Source: Lama glama (Eukaryota). From it: a stretch of 64,000 nucleotides of DNA. The notes under the pieces are model-generated. The model searched no databases. It worked only from the letters and a program-made list of their open reading frames with translations, and was not told the origin of the DNA. Below are positions 52,018-64,000 of this stretch, in pieces; positions within the stretch are counted from its first letter, which is position 1, and every line of letters starts with the position of its first letter. The stretch lies in the NCBI GenBank assembly GCA_028534125.1, contig CM052817.1, positions 21,082,001 to 21,146,000 of the forward strand, read 5' to 3'. The translations under genes and the position numbers were made by a program.

Positions 52018-52553
52018 TGAAAGGTAGCAAAATATGCCACTTTGTTATATTGCTTATTTTGCGCTGAAGGCAGTTAAAAACTAGCAAGTACTGGGTGAAG
52101 GTTTTTTTTCTGAATTCTTCTTATCTGCCTAAAGACAGATTGATCAAAAGGAATTCAAGTTGTCATAAATTGCCTCCTGGGAGTTTCATCAACCAGGGTA
52201 GACTGACTCATCACAGGAGAGGAGACTAAAGTTTGTTACCACACCCAAACTTTGTCACGAACTATCATATCTCCCATCTGTCCTTCTAAGGGCCTGTTCA
52301 TCTTTCTTAAAAATCATTTACTCTCCCCTAGGAGGCCTATATCCTTTTCCTCCTTCCCAACAAGGTGTTTAAGCCTGAATTCTAAGCCACCTCTTTAAAT
52401 TACCAATTTTTCTTTAGGTATCTCCCATGTACACATGAGGTATACATGCTAATAAACTTCTGATTGTTTTTCTCCTGTTAATCTGCCTTTTATCACAAAG
52501 GGTCTCAGCTAAGAACTCATAGCTTGAAGGGGAAAATATTTTTCTTCCCTACA
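52018..52553 (+). mobile_element. ERV1 solo LTR, MER34-family-like, with 4-bp TSD ATGT
   Basis: TG...CA termini (tgaaaggtagcaaaatatgccac ... ttcttccctaca); aataaacttctg..gttaatctg; atgt at 52014-52017 and 52554-52557. Confidence 0.9.
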
Positions 52554-52629
52554 ATGTTTATGTGTTAAATTATTACATCCTTTGCTCTAGTATCCTATAT
52601 AACCACTATCTTCTGGCACTGTCTTCAAG

Positions 52630-53450
52630 GAAATACATAAAAATTAAACCAAACTTATTTTTCTATTTTTTAAAGTAATAACAATTCTTAAACTTAATTT
52701 AAAAATATGATTTACAATAGTATCAAAACTACAAAATACTGCTGTATAAATCTGGTAAAAATTAAAATCTCTAAAATAGCCCAAATGACACTGAAATAGA
52801 ACATAGTTGGAGGGCAAGCACAGTCTAATTTTTACACATATTATAAAGCTATAGTACTCAAGACAGAGTGGTACAGAAGTTAAGATAAACAAATTAATGG
52901 AATAGGGTGCTTAAAAATAGGCTTATTTCAGATTTTGTTTTCAAACTTTTGACAACTGATTTTTGTCAAAGGCAAAATGGCCATTCATTGAGCAAGGCTT
53001 GTCTTTTCAATGAATAACACTCAAATATTTGGATAATAATTTGTAAAAAATATGAAATTTAATCCATATTTCATACTACTACAAAATTAACTCAAGATGG
53101 ATCATAGATCTAAATGTAAAACCTAATGCTACAAAACTTCTAGGAAAAACACAGGAGAAAATCTTCATCTTGGGTTATGCAAAGATTTCTTAGCCAAGAC
53201 ACCAAAAGCACAATCCATTTTTCAACAAAAATTTTTAAAAGAGAGAGAAACTAAGAATGTTTGCTCTTTGAAAGACACTGTCAAAAGAACTGACTGGAAA
53301 AAAATGTTTGCAAAGTATATATTGGATAAATAAATTGTACTTCAAATGTATAAAAAACTTTTAACAGTCTATATAAAAAAATAACCCAATAAAATGGCAA
53401 AATATTTAATATTTAATTTAATATTTACACAGAAACTTTACCAAAGAAAA
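52630..53450 (+). mobile_element. old L1M ORF2 fragment
   Basis: attataaagctatagta.tcaagacag.gtggtac...aaaattaactcaagatggatcatagatctaaatgtaaaacc...gacaccaaaagcaca. Confidence 0.88.
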
Positions 53451-54790
53451 TCTCCTGTGTATTGGTTAGAGTTTAATCAAAGGAAGAGTATACTACATTC
53501 AGGGAACTTCAGGTTGTTTTAATTATGTTTCTATCATTCAGATCTAAAAATTTAAACATACTTCTACTGATTTCTTGTTGGACTTTATAAAGATGAGACA
53601 AGTAGACTGGTTTCCAAATAGATAATTTGGTTAAACAACAAGAAAAAAAGAGCTGGCTCATTAGTTAATAAGAGTTCATTAAATTTGTAGTTCATATATA
53701 ATATCCGTACTTCAAAGTAGGCATTTTTGGAGACCACAGTTAGTTGGGAAAAATAAAGGAAAACTTGATTTTCTTGAAACAATACAATACCATATTTACA
53801 TTAGTTTATACCACTTAATTAATCCCCCTTAGTTTTATTGCCAACATGAGTACTTTTATATTGCAGAGTCCAAACAAAAAGCAAGATATTTGGCAAAGTT
53901 ACCAAGTGGGGAATATTTGCTGCTCAAAGCTGTATATTTGATCAAAAGCCTTTTAAATTGAATCTGATTTTTAAAATTGCTATTATTCCCTTTTTTCATC
54001 AACTTTGCTTGAATAAATTTTAGTCATTTAGGAACACAAAAAGCTAAATGGTTCCCAGTGTTTTATTTAGTACAGACCTTAAGCTTTTGGGAGTGATTTT
54101 ATTTTTTTATTCCAGATATAGTCATGCTGATGCTATTTGTCATGGACCAAAACTGGACAGTTTTGTGTTTTAAAGCCAGCCCTTTCTATCAATCATTCTG
54201 AAAGAACAATGAGATTAGCACTGCTGGCTTCACATTATTGGTTATTCTTAAAGTTATGATTCCAAAAGTTCAATGTGATAACATAACCTTATTTCACTGA
54301 TCAAAAGGTTAAGGAAAAAGGTTAACACTTTTTATCAACTCACCAAACAAATTTTGGCATAGCCAAATTGCATGTTAATTCAATATATTGTTTTTCAAAT
54401 TTTCAAATATATTTTGAAATTAGAAAACTATTAAAATTTAAATTGTATTTAGTTTTCTTTTTCTTTAGATTTATTGTATTTACTTTTCTCCATGTAATGT
54501 AGTAGTAAGAAACAGCATCACAATACTACTTTATTTTGATCAGTATAAGATATTCACAATTAATGTTACAAAGTTAAGTTTTAAACCTCTAAGCCATGTT
54601 CCCCCCCAAAATTTGAATTAGTGGCATGATAAATGAATTATGCTATCCTTTCTCTCTATTACATCCACTTACACATACAAGGCAAAATCTGGAGAGCCAA
54701 AACTCCAGGTATTTTCATTATTATTAATAAAATTTTAATGTTCTCTAACCATAACAGCAATGTGCTATCTTTTGTAATATAAGAATTATG

Positions 54791-54850
54791 TTTGACACAA
54801 CATTGTAAAATGATTATAAATCAATAAAAAATTTAAAAAGTTAAAAAAAA
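54791..54850 (+). mobile_element. extremely 5'-truncated L1 (60 bp) with 10-bp TSD
   Basis: ttgacacaacattgtaaaatgattataaatcaataaaaa is the L1 3' terminus; aagaattatg at 54781-54790 and 54851-54860. Confidence 0.88.
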
Positions 54851-55023
54851 AAGAATTATGAGACACAATCCTTGAACACATATATGCAACTTCAAGGTTC
54901 TTCTTCAAACATTTGGATATCAAAAAACATTTTTGGAAAAAAATGAAAAATATCAACATAAGTAACCATCTTTTAAATTTTTGTGAAAGACATCAAAATG
55001 TACAAACAAAATATTACTGTTCA

Positions 55024-55141
55024 ATAGTACTATTGCCTGATAGAAGCAACAGGGAGACTTGGTCAAAGGATACACATTTTGTTACAAGACAAACAAGTTC
55101 TGAGGATCTAATTTAGAGCACAGTGACTATAGTTAACAATA
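55024..55141 (+). mobile_element. L1MA9-like 3' region, left part (interrupted)
   Basis: ttggtcaaagg...aagttctgaggatctaat...gtgactatagttaacaata. Confidence 0.8.
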
Positions 55142-55883
55142 TGGGATTACAGTTTGGTGCAGCCATTGTGGAAAACAGTATGGAGATTCCTCAAAAAACT
55201 GAAAATAGACCTCACCATATGATCCAGCTATCTCACTCTTGGGCATATATCCAGAGGGACTTCTAATTTGAAAAGATACATATCACCCTAATATTCATAG
55301 CAGCACTATTTACAATAGACAAGACATGGAAACAATGTAAATGTGCATCGACAGACGACTGTATAAAGAAGCTGTGATATATTTATACAATGGAATACTA
55401 CTCAGCCATAAAAAAGAATAAAACAATACTGCTTGCAGCAATATGGATGGACCTGGAGATCATTATTCTAACTGAATTAAGCCAGAAGAAAGAGAAAGAA
55501 AAATATATGATATCACTTTATGTGGAATTTAATAAAAAAAAAGAAGAAAGGAAAAAGAAGAGACTAATGAACTCATCTACAAAACAGAAACAGATTCACA
55601 GACATAGTAAACAAACCTAAGGTTACAAGAGGGGAAAGGAGGAAGGAGGTAGGAAGGGATAAATTGGGAGTTTGAGAATTACTAATATTAATCACTATAT
55701 ATAAGATAGATTAAAAAATACAAATTTCTTCTGTATAGCCATGGGAACTATATGCAATACCTTGTAGTAATTTATAATGAAAAAGAATATGAAGACAAAT
55801 ACATGTATGTATATGAATGATTGAAACATTATGACATATACCAGAAATTGACACATTATAACTGATTATATTTCAAAAAAAAA
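55142..55883 (+). mobile_element. younger cetartiodactyl/camelid L1 3' end nested in the older L1
   Basis: tttggtgcagcca..gtggaaaacagtatggagattcctc; ORF2 tail MEYYSAIKKN; ccagaaattgacaca..actgattatatttc plus A-tail. Confidence 0.95.
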
Positions 55884-56104
55884 TACTGTATTATGTACTT
55901 GAAGTTGTTGAGAGAGTAGATCTTAAATGTTCTCATCATACAAACACAAAATAATAAGGTAAATATGTGGGGCAGTAGATTAGTTAACCAGCCTTATTGT
56001 GGTAATAATTTTGCAATGTATGTATGTATATCAAATTATCAGGCTATACACTTAAACTTATACAATGTTATATGTCAAGTACATCTCAATAAACTGGATG
56101 AAAA
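55884..56104 (+). mobile_element. L1MA9-like 3' end, right part
   Basis: tactgtatt.tgtacttgaa..tg.tgagagagtagatcttaaatgttctca...cttaaacttatacaatgttatatgtcaa..acatctcaataaa. Confidence 0.88.
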
Positions 56105-56447
56105 GGGAATAGGGAATTTTTAAACCAAAAAAATGGGAAGAATACGTATTTTTTAAAGTGAATTTGTATTTAAAATTCACCTCATCCTTATTCCTCTCCT
56201 TTGTCAGCATACATGGACAAATAAAACAAAGGAACAAACTAACAAATATATTGCCATTGATCAGCATAGCATTTAGACAGCAAAAGAACCATGGTAATCA
56301 TGCATTCACCTTCCAATTAAGCCTTCTCTCTGTTGCCCCTCTTTTACAGGTTCTAATTTGTACAGCTGCCCATTGGCAAGTTACACTCTGTGACTTTTGA
56401 CTTAATGTATTTTTCATTGAGTGGTTTTAGTTTCACAGAAGTAAGTA

Positions 56448-56656
56448 CACTTACTTCTTATCAGCATCCATGGGGCTAGGTCCCAGGAGGCTCGAGGATA
56501 TTAAAATCCATCAGTGCTCCAATTGGCCTTTCCTATCCCATCTGCAGCCTCAGCATCCGGCATCCACAGATTCAACCAATATGGATCAGTACTATTTTCC
56601 ATCCCGGGCTGGTTGAATCTGCACGTGGGAAACTGGTGGATACAGAGGGCTGATTG
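56448..56656 (+). mobile_element. MER2/Tigger-family (TcMar) non-autonomous DNA transposon
   Basis: catccatgggg..ggtcccagga..gaggata..aaaatcc ... ggttgaatctgca..gaaac..gtggatacagagggctgattg, flanked by TA on both sides. Confidence 0.8.
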
Positions 56657-56929
56657 TACAATTATCTTCTCCATGTTAGACCATCTTGACACAGTCTTTA
56701 CATTTGTGTTATTTAGCATAGCTGGAGGTAAAAATGACAATACATGGAAACTCAGTCCTCTAACCATTAAAATATACACTATGCATTACATCGTCTTTAC
56801 CTTTGACTCCATTTCACATTCCTTTATTTTCTGATTACAGCTAATAATACGACTTTCTCCATGATTTGCATTTATGAGAACATCCAATGTGAATATAAGA
56901 AATACTTCTGTGACTTTTCTATTTTGGAG

Positions 56930-57090
56930 CTGGAAGAACTTTATAAACATTATATAATGAGTTCTCACAAAACTCAAGGCAAAGTTTAATATTCTCGTTT
57001 TATAACCAGGGAAATGAGAACAGAATGCTAAAGTTACTTACTGAAATGCATTAGATCAAGTGGCTGCCAGACCTAGGCTGAGCACTTTTA
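56930..57090 (-). mobile_element. MIR SINE
   Basis: ttctcacaaaactcaaggc...attctcgttttataaccagggaaatgagaacaga...aagttactt. Confidence 0.55.
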
Positions 57091-57731
57091 GTGTGAGCCC
57101 AGATTTGTAGATGCTGTAAATGAACTATATGTTAGGATTACGGAGTATCATTTGCAATTAATGTGCTCAGAGTTCTTGAAAGGATTATATCCTGTGCTTT
57201 GTATAAGCTGCTGAATAACATGGTGTAACTTTTGGAAGGAATTGCAACCTTGGTAAATTTCATTATAAGATAACACAAACCACAAGGTTTTTTCATTCTC
57301 CTTTTTCCTTACTTTTTTTGCATAAATCAGTGATTTTTGAGCTGAATTTCACATATCACTGAATTCCACATTCTATTTTTCATATTTCACTTCTCACATT
57401 CAAAGGAGGAAATTCAGTTACTTGAGTAAAGCTCATACAAGTGATAGAATTTTTTTTAAAGATACTACAATATACCAATATTTGTGGATAGAAAGGGACA
57501 GATTTCCTTATAAAACTGATTTTATTTCCACTCAATGTAGCTACAGTTATAGGGAAGGGGAAAATAATGTCTTAATAATGTGAAACAGATTTCAAAAACA
57601 GTTTACTCCATGCTGACCTAAGCAGATGAAAAATCTACCTTAAATGAGAAGCTAATACAGAAGCATGAAGTTTGGAAAACATTTTTTCTCATTTTCGATA
57701 TGTCCCCTCTAGCTAATCAAGGATGGAGATT

Positions 57732-57803
57732 CCAGTAAAAAGAGCAAAAAGAAGGGTAATTAAAAGGCCAGTAAAGAGAGCAAAAAGAAGGGTAATTAAA
57801 AGG
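57732..57803 (+). repeat. 36-bp tandem duplication (35/36 identical)
   Basis: ccagtaaa(a/g)agagcaaaaagaagggtaattaaaagg twice. Confidence 0.95.
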
Positions 57804-60800
57804 AGCTGGATTTTAAGTTACAGGTGGCCTGTAGGCCTGAGTTTTCTCACACAAAATCAAAATACTCATTTCATACTTTTCTGTCTATTGAATAACGGAG
57901 GGTGAATGGAATGAAAGAATCTTGGGTGTCAGAGAAAAGAAAATGTAAGCTGAGCTTTTGGACTCTAAACTTTCAAAAAATAATTACCTATTTCTCTTCC
58001 ATTTCTACATCTCCTGTTTTTCTGACACATATACATACACCTTTCTGCTGATGACTCTAGGCATATTTATATTGTGATGATTAATTAATTTGATGTAAGT
58101 GCAAAGAATTAAGAACAGGTCTTTGCAGGCATCGTCTGAGGTTTTAAAGCTAAACAAGGACTTTTTCTTTTAGTTACAGCAAACATGTTTATACTAATGA
58201 GAGCTTTATCTGCCTTATTGCTTTTGCCTCAGATTCACTCACTGCCATTTCACTTAAAAGAATATTGGAGAGTTTTATTTTTTCCACTGCTGATTTTTTT
58301 TTTCCACTCTCTAAACTCCCACCACTTTGTTACATGATGATGAATTTTAAAAGTGAATAGCAATAAAATTTCAAATTGAAAGAAAGTTTGAAAAGAAATA
58401 CTTTCCTAATGGACGTTTATTACGATTTGCAAAGAAAAACATTTCAATTCTATCTTGACCTTTGGTTGGACTTCTAGATGATCTTACAGGAGCCTTCAAG
58501 TTCAAGTATATTAAAAATTATGTAATATTAACTTTATAATGGTAATATAATTATAATTATATTTTGAAAAGTAAAACACTTTTAAAATTATTGATATTCA
58601 CAGTAAAAGCTGATATTCTGAAACTTCATTCCACAAAGAAATATGAAGACAGTGAGAGAACATATATCATTTAATAATCATCTGGTTTTTATTCCTACCT
58701 CATGGAACATCCAGTACAGGTATGTCTATAGTACATATAATTTTATATTAGATTATTGGCCAAGTATGGAATGTATAAAAAGAGGCAAACTTTATTGGAA
58801 GTGAATTTACTATAAAATGACTAAATAGCAAAGGATTCTATTCTGAAATAATTTCCAAGGGCATAATAATAATTCAATTTATCATTTTCATAATTGTTCC
58901 TGAACTGTGAATTCAGGGACCCATTAAACGATCATATAGGGCATTATTAAGTATTTATCACACAATAAATAAGTTTACCCATTTTGTGTGAAGCAGCACC
59001 TGAATTTTTATCTAATAAATTTAATATTATGTATTACTCCAATATTGTTTTCTAATTCTACCTTAAATAACTTAATGGGATCTACATTGCACAAAACAAA
59101 TTAAAATTCACATACTATGTGTAATTTTAGGGGAGATGATAAAATTAATTAATTAATTAGCAATTTAAATATCTTCCCTCTCTACACTACCTCCTGATAA
59201 TTGACAAGCTACATCTTATGGGAGACATAGTAACAATGTTTATTAAAACACTATTTCCAATTCACAAATATTTTTACTGTAGTTAATTCAGTAAAATAAT
59301 TAGTAAAAGCATTTGTTTTCCACCTTGAAATGGATAAAATAAATAGTTGATTTATTTTAAACTCTCCTAGGTAAATTATATTTTATGTTCCAATCCCAAT
59401 GCATTGGCAAAATTTTCTGGAAGGATTATTTTGAGAAGACTGTGAAATCTACCTTGACTCAATATAACAGAATAGAATGATAGAAGTGCTACCCTTTCAA
59501 GTAAAAATAGAAAATGTATGGCATATGAATCATATGTATGTTATTTTAAACTTGAGTCAATCTAACGAGTATATAAATACATTAATCATTAACAAATGAA
59601 GCAAAAATGCTTCTCCAAATGGCAACTTATTATTTGACAATATTTCTTGCCATATTGTTTATATATTGAAACTTGCCAAATAAGAAAGACAGTGATGTTT
59701 AATAAATTATTCCTTGTACTCTGTAGAGTTGCATATCCAGTATTATACCTTTAAATTCTGGCTCCTCATCAACATTTAATTGCTCAATTCACATTCCTCT
59801 GACTCTGAAAATAACCAGTTTATAAACTATAAGGAAGGGAACGAGGTTGAGAATGGAGGAGGCCTTTTTATGATCTTTTCCTCACAAAATAAAGATATAG
59901 TACTTTTTGCTACATATTGATATATATTTATGCATAGATAATATTATATGAGAGTAAATGTAACTTGTTTTATCCATTTAATTTAGTTGTATTCACTTTG
60001 CATGACTAATCATAGAGAAAAATATTTATTTTGGGGTTGATCTACATAAAATATAAAAAAAAAACCTCCCCAAGTCATACATTAAGTAGACTCAATTAGT
60101 GACCTGAGATGCGCTCATGCCTGTTAAACTTTTGTAAAATATTTCCAGTGCTCTAGGATCCGACAAGACCATTATAAGTTAATTTAGCATGCAATATTTT
60201 TGCAAATACGTACAACTTTTATTATTTTCAGGAATTAAAAGTCATTCATAAAAGTGGTTTACATAAAACAAGTTTAATTAAGTAATTTGTTCATTCCCCT
60301 GTGACAGTTTCACACATGATTGAAGATGCAGGCAGAATAAGCATCATCATTTTTAATAATTTCAACATGTTCTGCTAAACGCAGAGAAATGCAGTTGTAA
60401 TTAGGAAAGAAATATAATAAAAGCCTCTGCTACATAAGTGTTATTGAAATATGTTATTAAAAATGAAGTACACACTTGATGAGTGAGGCTAGGTAGCCAC
60501 ATTTCGTGCTTTAAAATCAGGGTAAATAAGAGAACAAAATATTCAAGGTGTGTGAGCATTGGTTGCTTTGAATTTCTCATAAAAGTTGCCTGATTTCACA
60601 GAGGCAATAATTACGGTCACATGGACAAATTAAATGCATGTGGGAGAAAGAACTTTTACCAAAGACAACCTTTTTTTAAAGTAATATCGTTGAATATTAA
60701 GCACTTGCTACTGAAGACTCCAAAGGGAAAATATTAGCTATATAGAATCCAGACAAACTAAATACGAAAGAATTAAGTTATAATCATTTTATGGTGGAAG

Positions 60801-61444
60801 TAGGTTAATGTATATTTATACAATTAAGCAAACATTTTGGATGTCATTGTAAAAGAGTCTTTTAGTCTCATGTTACTTGTTCTCAGAGCCAATCAACCAT
60901 ATACATAATAATATTTTGGGGAATGCTGAGGTGACTATCAACTTTATCTGACATATTTTCCCCAACAGTTTATCATTACTTTTCTATAGTTTTGTCAGGA
61001 GTTATGCCTTTTCTTTAAGTTCTCTGTTCTAATGTATTTTACGTAGTATTTTTTAAATAATGATGTATAAATCCCAGAAAAATATATTGGATGTGAATGG
61101 GTTTGCCTGTTTGAAGGAGAGTGGAAAAGAACCACAAGGGCATTAGGTCAAAGGAAACAGTACTAACCAACTTGGTATATCTTGCTGGGTAAAGCTGGTT
61201 ACTTGCAGCCTCCGTTTCCAACTGCTTAAATTTTCACTGTACTTAGCAACTTTTTTCCAGATAATTGAAAATTATGCCATGTGTCTCTGAAATTTACAAC
61301 TTACAGCAATGAAAATTTTTTTAGCATAATAATATTTATAATATTGTCCTAAAGCACATAGTTCAAAATTCCCCCTAGATAATGGAGGATCTTGTATGAA
61401 TGAAATCAACAAGTAATACCAAACCTAGGTAATTTTGTGAATAT

Positions 61445-61675
61445 TAATAAAGACCATTGACTAAGGCCTTCGGTACCCCAGGCATTGGGCAAAGCTTTTT
61501 GCATATTTTATCTCTTTTAATTCTCACAGTTCTATGACATAGAGAATTTTAACATCATTTTCCATATTTGGAGTCTGAGTCAGAGAGAACATTGGCTAAA
61601 GTCACACAATTAATAAATTAAAAAGCAGAGCTTTGTACTTAGGTCTATTTAGTCTGAATATCAGTATTTTAAAGC
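61445..61675 (-). mobile_element. MIR SINE
   Basis: ccaggcattgggcaaagc..tgcatattttatctc.tttaattctcaca...ggctaaagtcacacaa.taataaat. Confidence 0.7.
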
Positions 61676-62178
61676 ATCTTCTAAGCATAAACTCTCAAGT
61701 TTCACCAGACTCAAATCTTTGCTTTTGCATGACCTGATATAATTTCCTTTATTTTTGGGGAAAAAAAAAACTAAATTGGAGAATTAAATATTGCGATCTC
61801 ATGTAAGTTTTTTGTATTTATATACAACATGAAATACTATTTTTAAAAAAATATATTGAATTTTTAATTTAAAAAATTAAAACAAAGAAATAGATATTAA
61901 AATAAGGATCAATATTCTAAGGATATATACATCTATATTTATATAATTTATTAGCTAATTTAATAGCCTGATGTTGTTAAATGAATACCATGTTTATATA
62001 AAGATAACATACTACACCTCATAATCTGTATCTCATTTTGATACAAAAACCTGCTGTCACAGATGGAGGGGAACTAGAAATGACATCTTTCAAGCATAAT
62101 TGGAATTGTAAATACCAGATCCTACATGTGTACATGACATCATATGGGATACTGAAGTCATGAAAATTACCTAAGCCA

Positions 62179-62678
62179 NNNNNNNNNNNNNNNNNNNNNN
62201 NNNNNNNNNNNNNNNNNNNNNNNNNNNNNNNNNNNNNNNNNNNNNNNNNNNNNNNNNNNNNNNNNNNNNNNNNNNNNNNNNNNNNNNNNNNNNNNNNNNN
62301 NNNNNNNNNNNNNNNNNNNNNNNNNNNNNNNNNNNNNNNNNNNNNNNNNNNNNNNNNNNNNNNNNNNNNNNNNNNNNNNNNNNNNNNNNNNNNNNNNNNN
62401 NNNNNNNNNNNNNNNNNNNNNNNNNNNNNNNNNNNNNNNNNNNNNNNNNNNNNNNNNNNNNNNNNNNNNNNNNNNNNNNNNNNNNNNNNNNNNNNNNNNN
62501 NNNNNNNNNNNNNNNNNNNNNNNNNNNNNNNNNNNNNNNNNNNNNNNNNNNNNNNNNNNNNNNNNNNNNNNNNNNNNNNNNNNNNNNNNNNNNNNNNNNN
62601 NNNNNNNNNNNNNNNNNNNNNNNNNNNNNNNNNNNNNNNNNNNNNNNNNNNNNNNNNNNNNNNNNNNNNNNNNNNNNN
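62179..62678. other. assembly gap (500 N)
   Basis: run of N. Confidence 1.
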
Positions 62679-62860
62679 TAACATTATTAAACTTTAGAAA
62701 ATCAGTGTATGCAGTCCATCAAATTAACAGTTAAAAGAGAAATGTTATATGATAATTTCAATAGATGCAGAATAAGTGATTGATGAAATTAAACCTCCAT
62801 ACTTGATAAAACCTTCTAGCAAATCAGTAACAGAAGGGGACTTTTGCATTGATAGAGATT
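62679..62860 (+). mobile_element. old L1M ORF2 (RT region) fragment, left part
   Basis: atatgataatttcaatagatgcagaa..ag...ttgatgaaattaaac..ccat.cttgataaaa. Confidence 0.75.
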
Positions 62861-63267
62861 TGTTTGTTAAGGGTAAGTTAACTCCTATAGAAAACTATCA
62901 CCAAACTTAAGTGATTAAAGAATATAATTTTTCTTGTTTGTATAATAGTTAAGTATACAGTCTCCTTATCAGAGGATTCTTCTGGGAGGCTCTTCTCAAA
63001 GTGGGGATTTAGGAACCCTGTTCTATTTTATTATATTTCTCAAACATACTCTATGCTCTTTACTTTCAATTTCAAGAAACAAACAAACAAAATGATTATG
63101 TTAGCTCTCATGTGCTAAGCCACAGAGTGGAGCACATCACTTACTCTATAACCATTTAGACCAAAGTAAGTTTCTCCTAAGGTTAAGTAAAGCTGGTACA
63201 TGTACAATAGCTCTGTGCCCAATTAGAAGAGAGGATACAATTTTGAATGCCTAGCAGTTGCAGCCAC
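62861..63267 (-). mobile_element. MLT1K-like LTR inserted in L1M
   Basis: gatttaggaaccc...gagtggagcacatcact...gctggtacatgta..tagctctgtgccca..agaagagagga...gccaca. Confidence 0.6.
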
Positions 63268-64000
63268 AAAGTAGCTCTACAACATAACTAGAGAAAATAT
63301 CATACTTGTTAATAAAATATTTAAACTTTCATTTTGAGATGTGAACAAGATATGGACATCCGCCATCAACATTTCTGTTCAACATTGGGTTGGAGATCTT
63401 AACTAGTGATAGGTCATGAAAAGGGAAACAATAGGTATAAGACCTGAAAAGGAAGGATTGCACAGTCATTTTCCTCATTAAAAAAAAAAATCACCAAATT
63501 GAACTTGAGTTTTAATATAATCTGAAAGACAAAAAATTTTGTGAAATTGACATTAGTAATTATATTAAAGTCAATAGTCAAGGATAGAAAAGACAATATT
63601 GAAGTGAAAAATGAGGATGAGAGATTTGTCTATGAGATACCAAGACATTATAAAGCTACAAAAATTAAGGTGGAGTGTTGCTGGAGCTGAAAGAGAAAGA
63701 AAAGAATCAATCACTGAAATAAAACAAACAACCCAGAAACCACCCATAACATATAGTCTTTGAATGATGAAAAGATGATATTATAGAAAAGTGGAGACAA
63801 TGCTCATTTTAATAATTTGTAATGGATTATATATGTATGTACACCCATTTGATACCCTTACCCTACACCACAAAGAAGCAAAAAGTTAATCATTTTAAAT
63901 ATTTACTAGCACAATGAATAACCTTAAACATGTGGATGTATGTCTATCCACCTTATAAGAAGAAACACTTACAAAATTGACAGAAATTGAATAAACACTA
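63268..64000 (+). mobile_element. old L1M ORF2 fragment, right part
   Basis: gaacaagata.ggac..cc..catcaacatttctgttcaacattg..ttggagatct ... caagacattataaagctaca..aattaag. Confidence 0.75.

Noticed and set aside
57732..57803. CRISPR-like 36-bp repeats
   Set aside because: Two adjacent copies with no spacer, in mammalian DNA.
6510..62684. Long ORFs of 174-252 aa in the ORF track
   Set aside because: All are runs of X spanning N gaps.

Overview
AT-rich mammalian non-coding DNA (large intron or gene desert). It is most likely camelid, because it carries a tRNA-derived SINE matching the camelid Vic-1 type and cetartiodactyl-type L1 3' ends. I can support no protein-coding exon, RNA gene or CRISPR array. 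The listed ORFs are gap artefacts, transposon-derived or chance ORFs. The window is a mosaic of L1, L2, MIR, MaLR/ERVL/ERV1 LTRs and two DNA-transposon relics, broken by five N-gaps (four of 500 nt, one of 100 nt). The most notable structures are: a perfect 65-bp-arm inverted repeat embedded in a (TA)n tract (5969-6147); a near-consensus CTCF site in a CpG-retaining patch (~15278-15296); a 60-bp L1 insertion with a perfect 10-bp TSD; a GC-rich 429-bp insert splitting an L2; several solo LTRs; and a nested L1-in-L1. I found no evidence of a new multi-component biological system. Repeat family names come from remembered consensus similarity, not a database search, and boundaries of old repeats are approximate.
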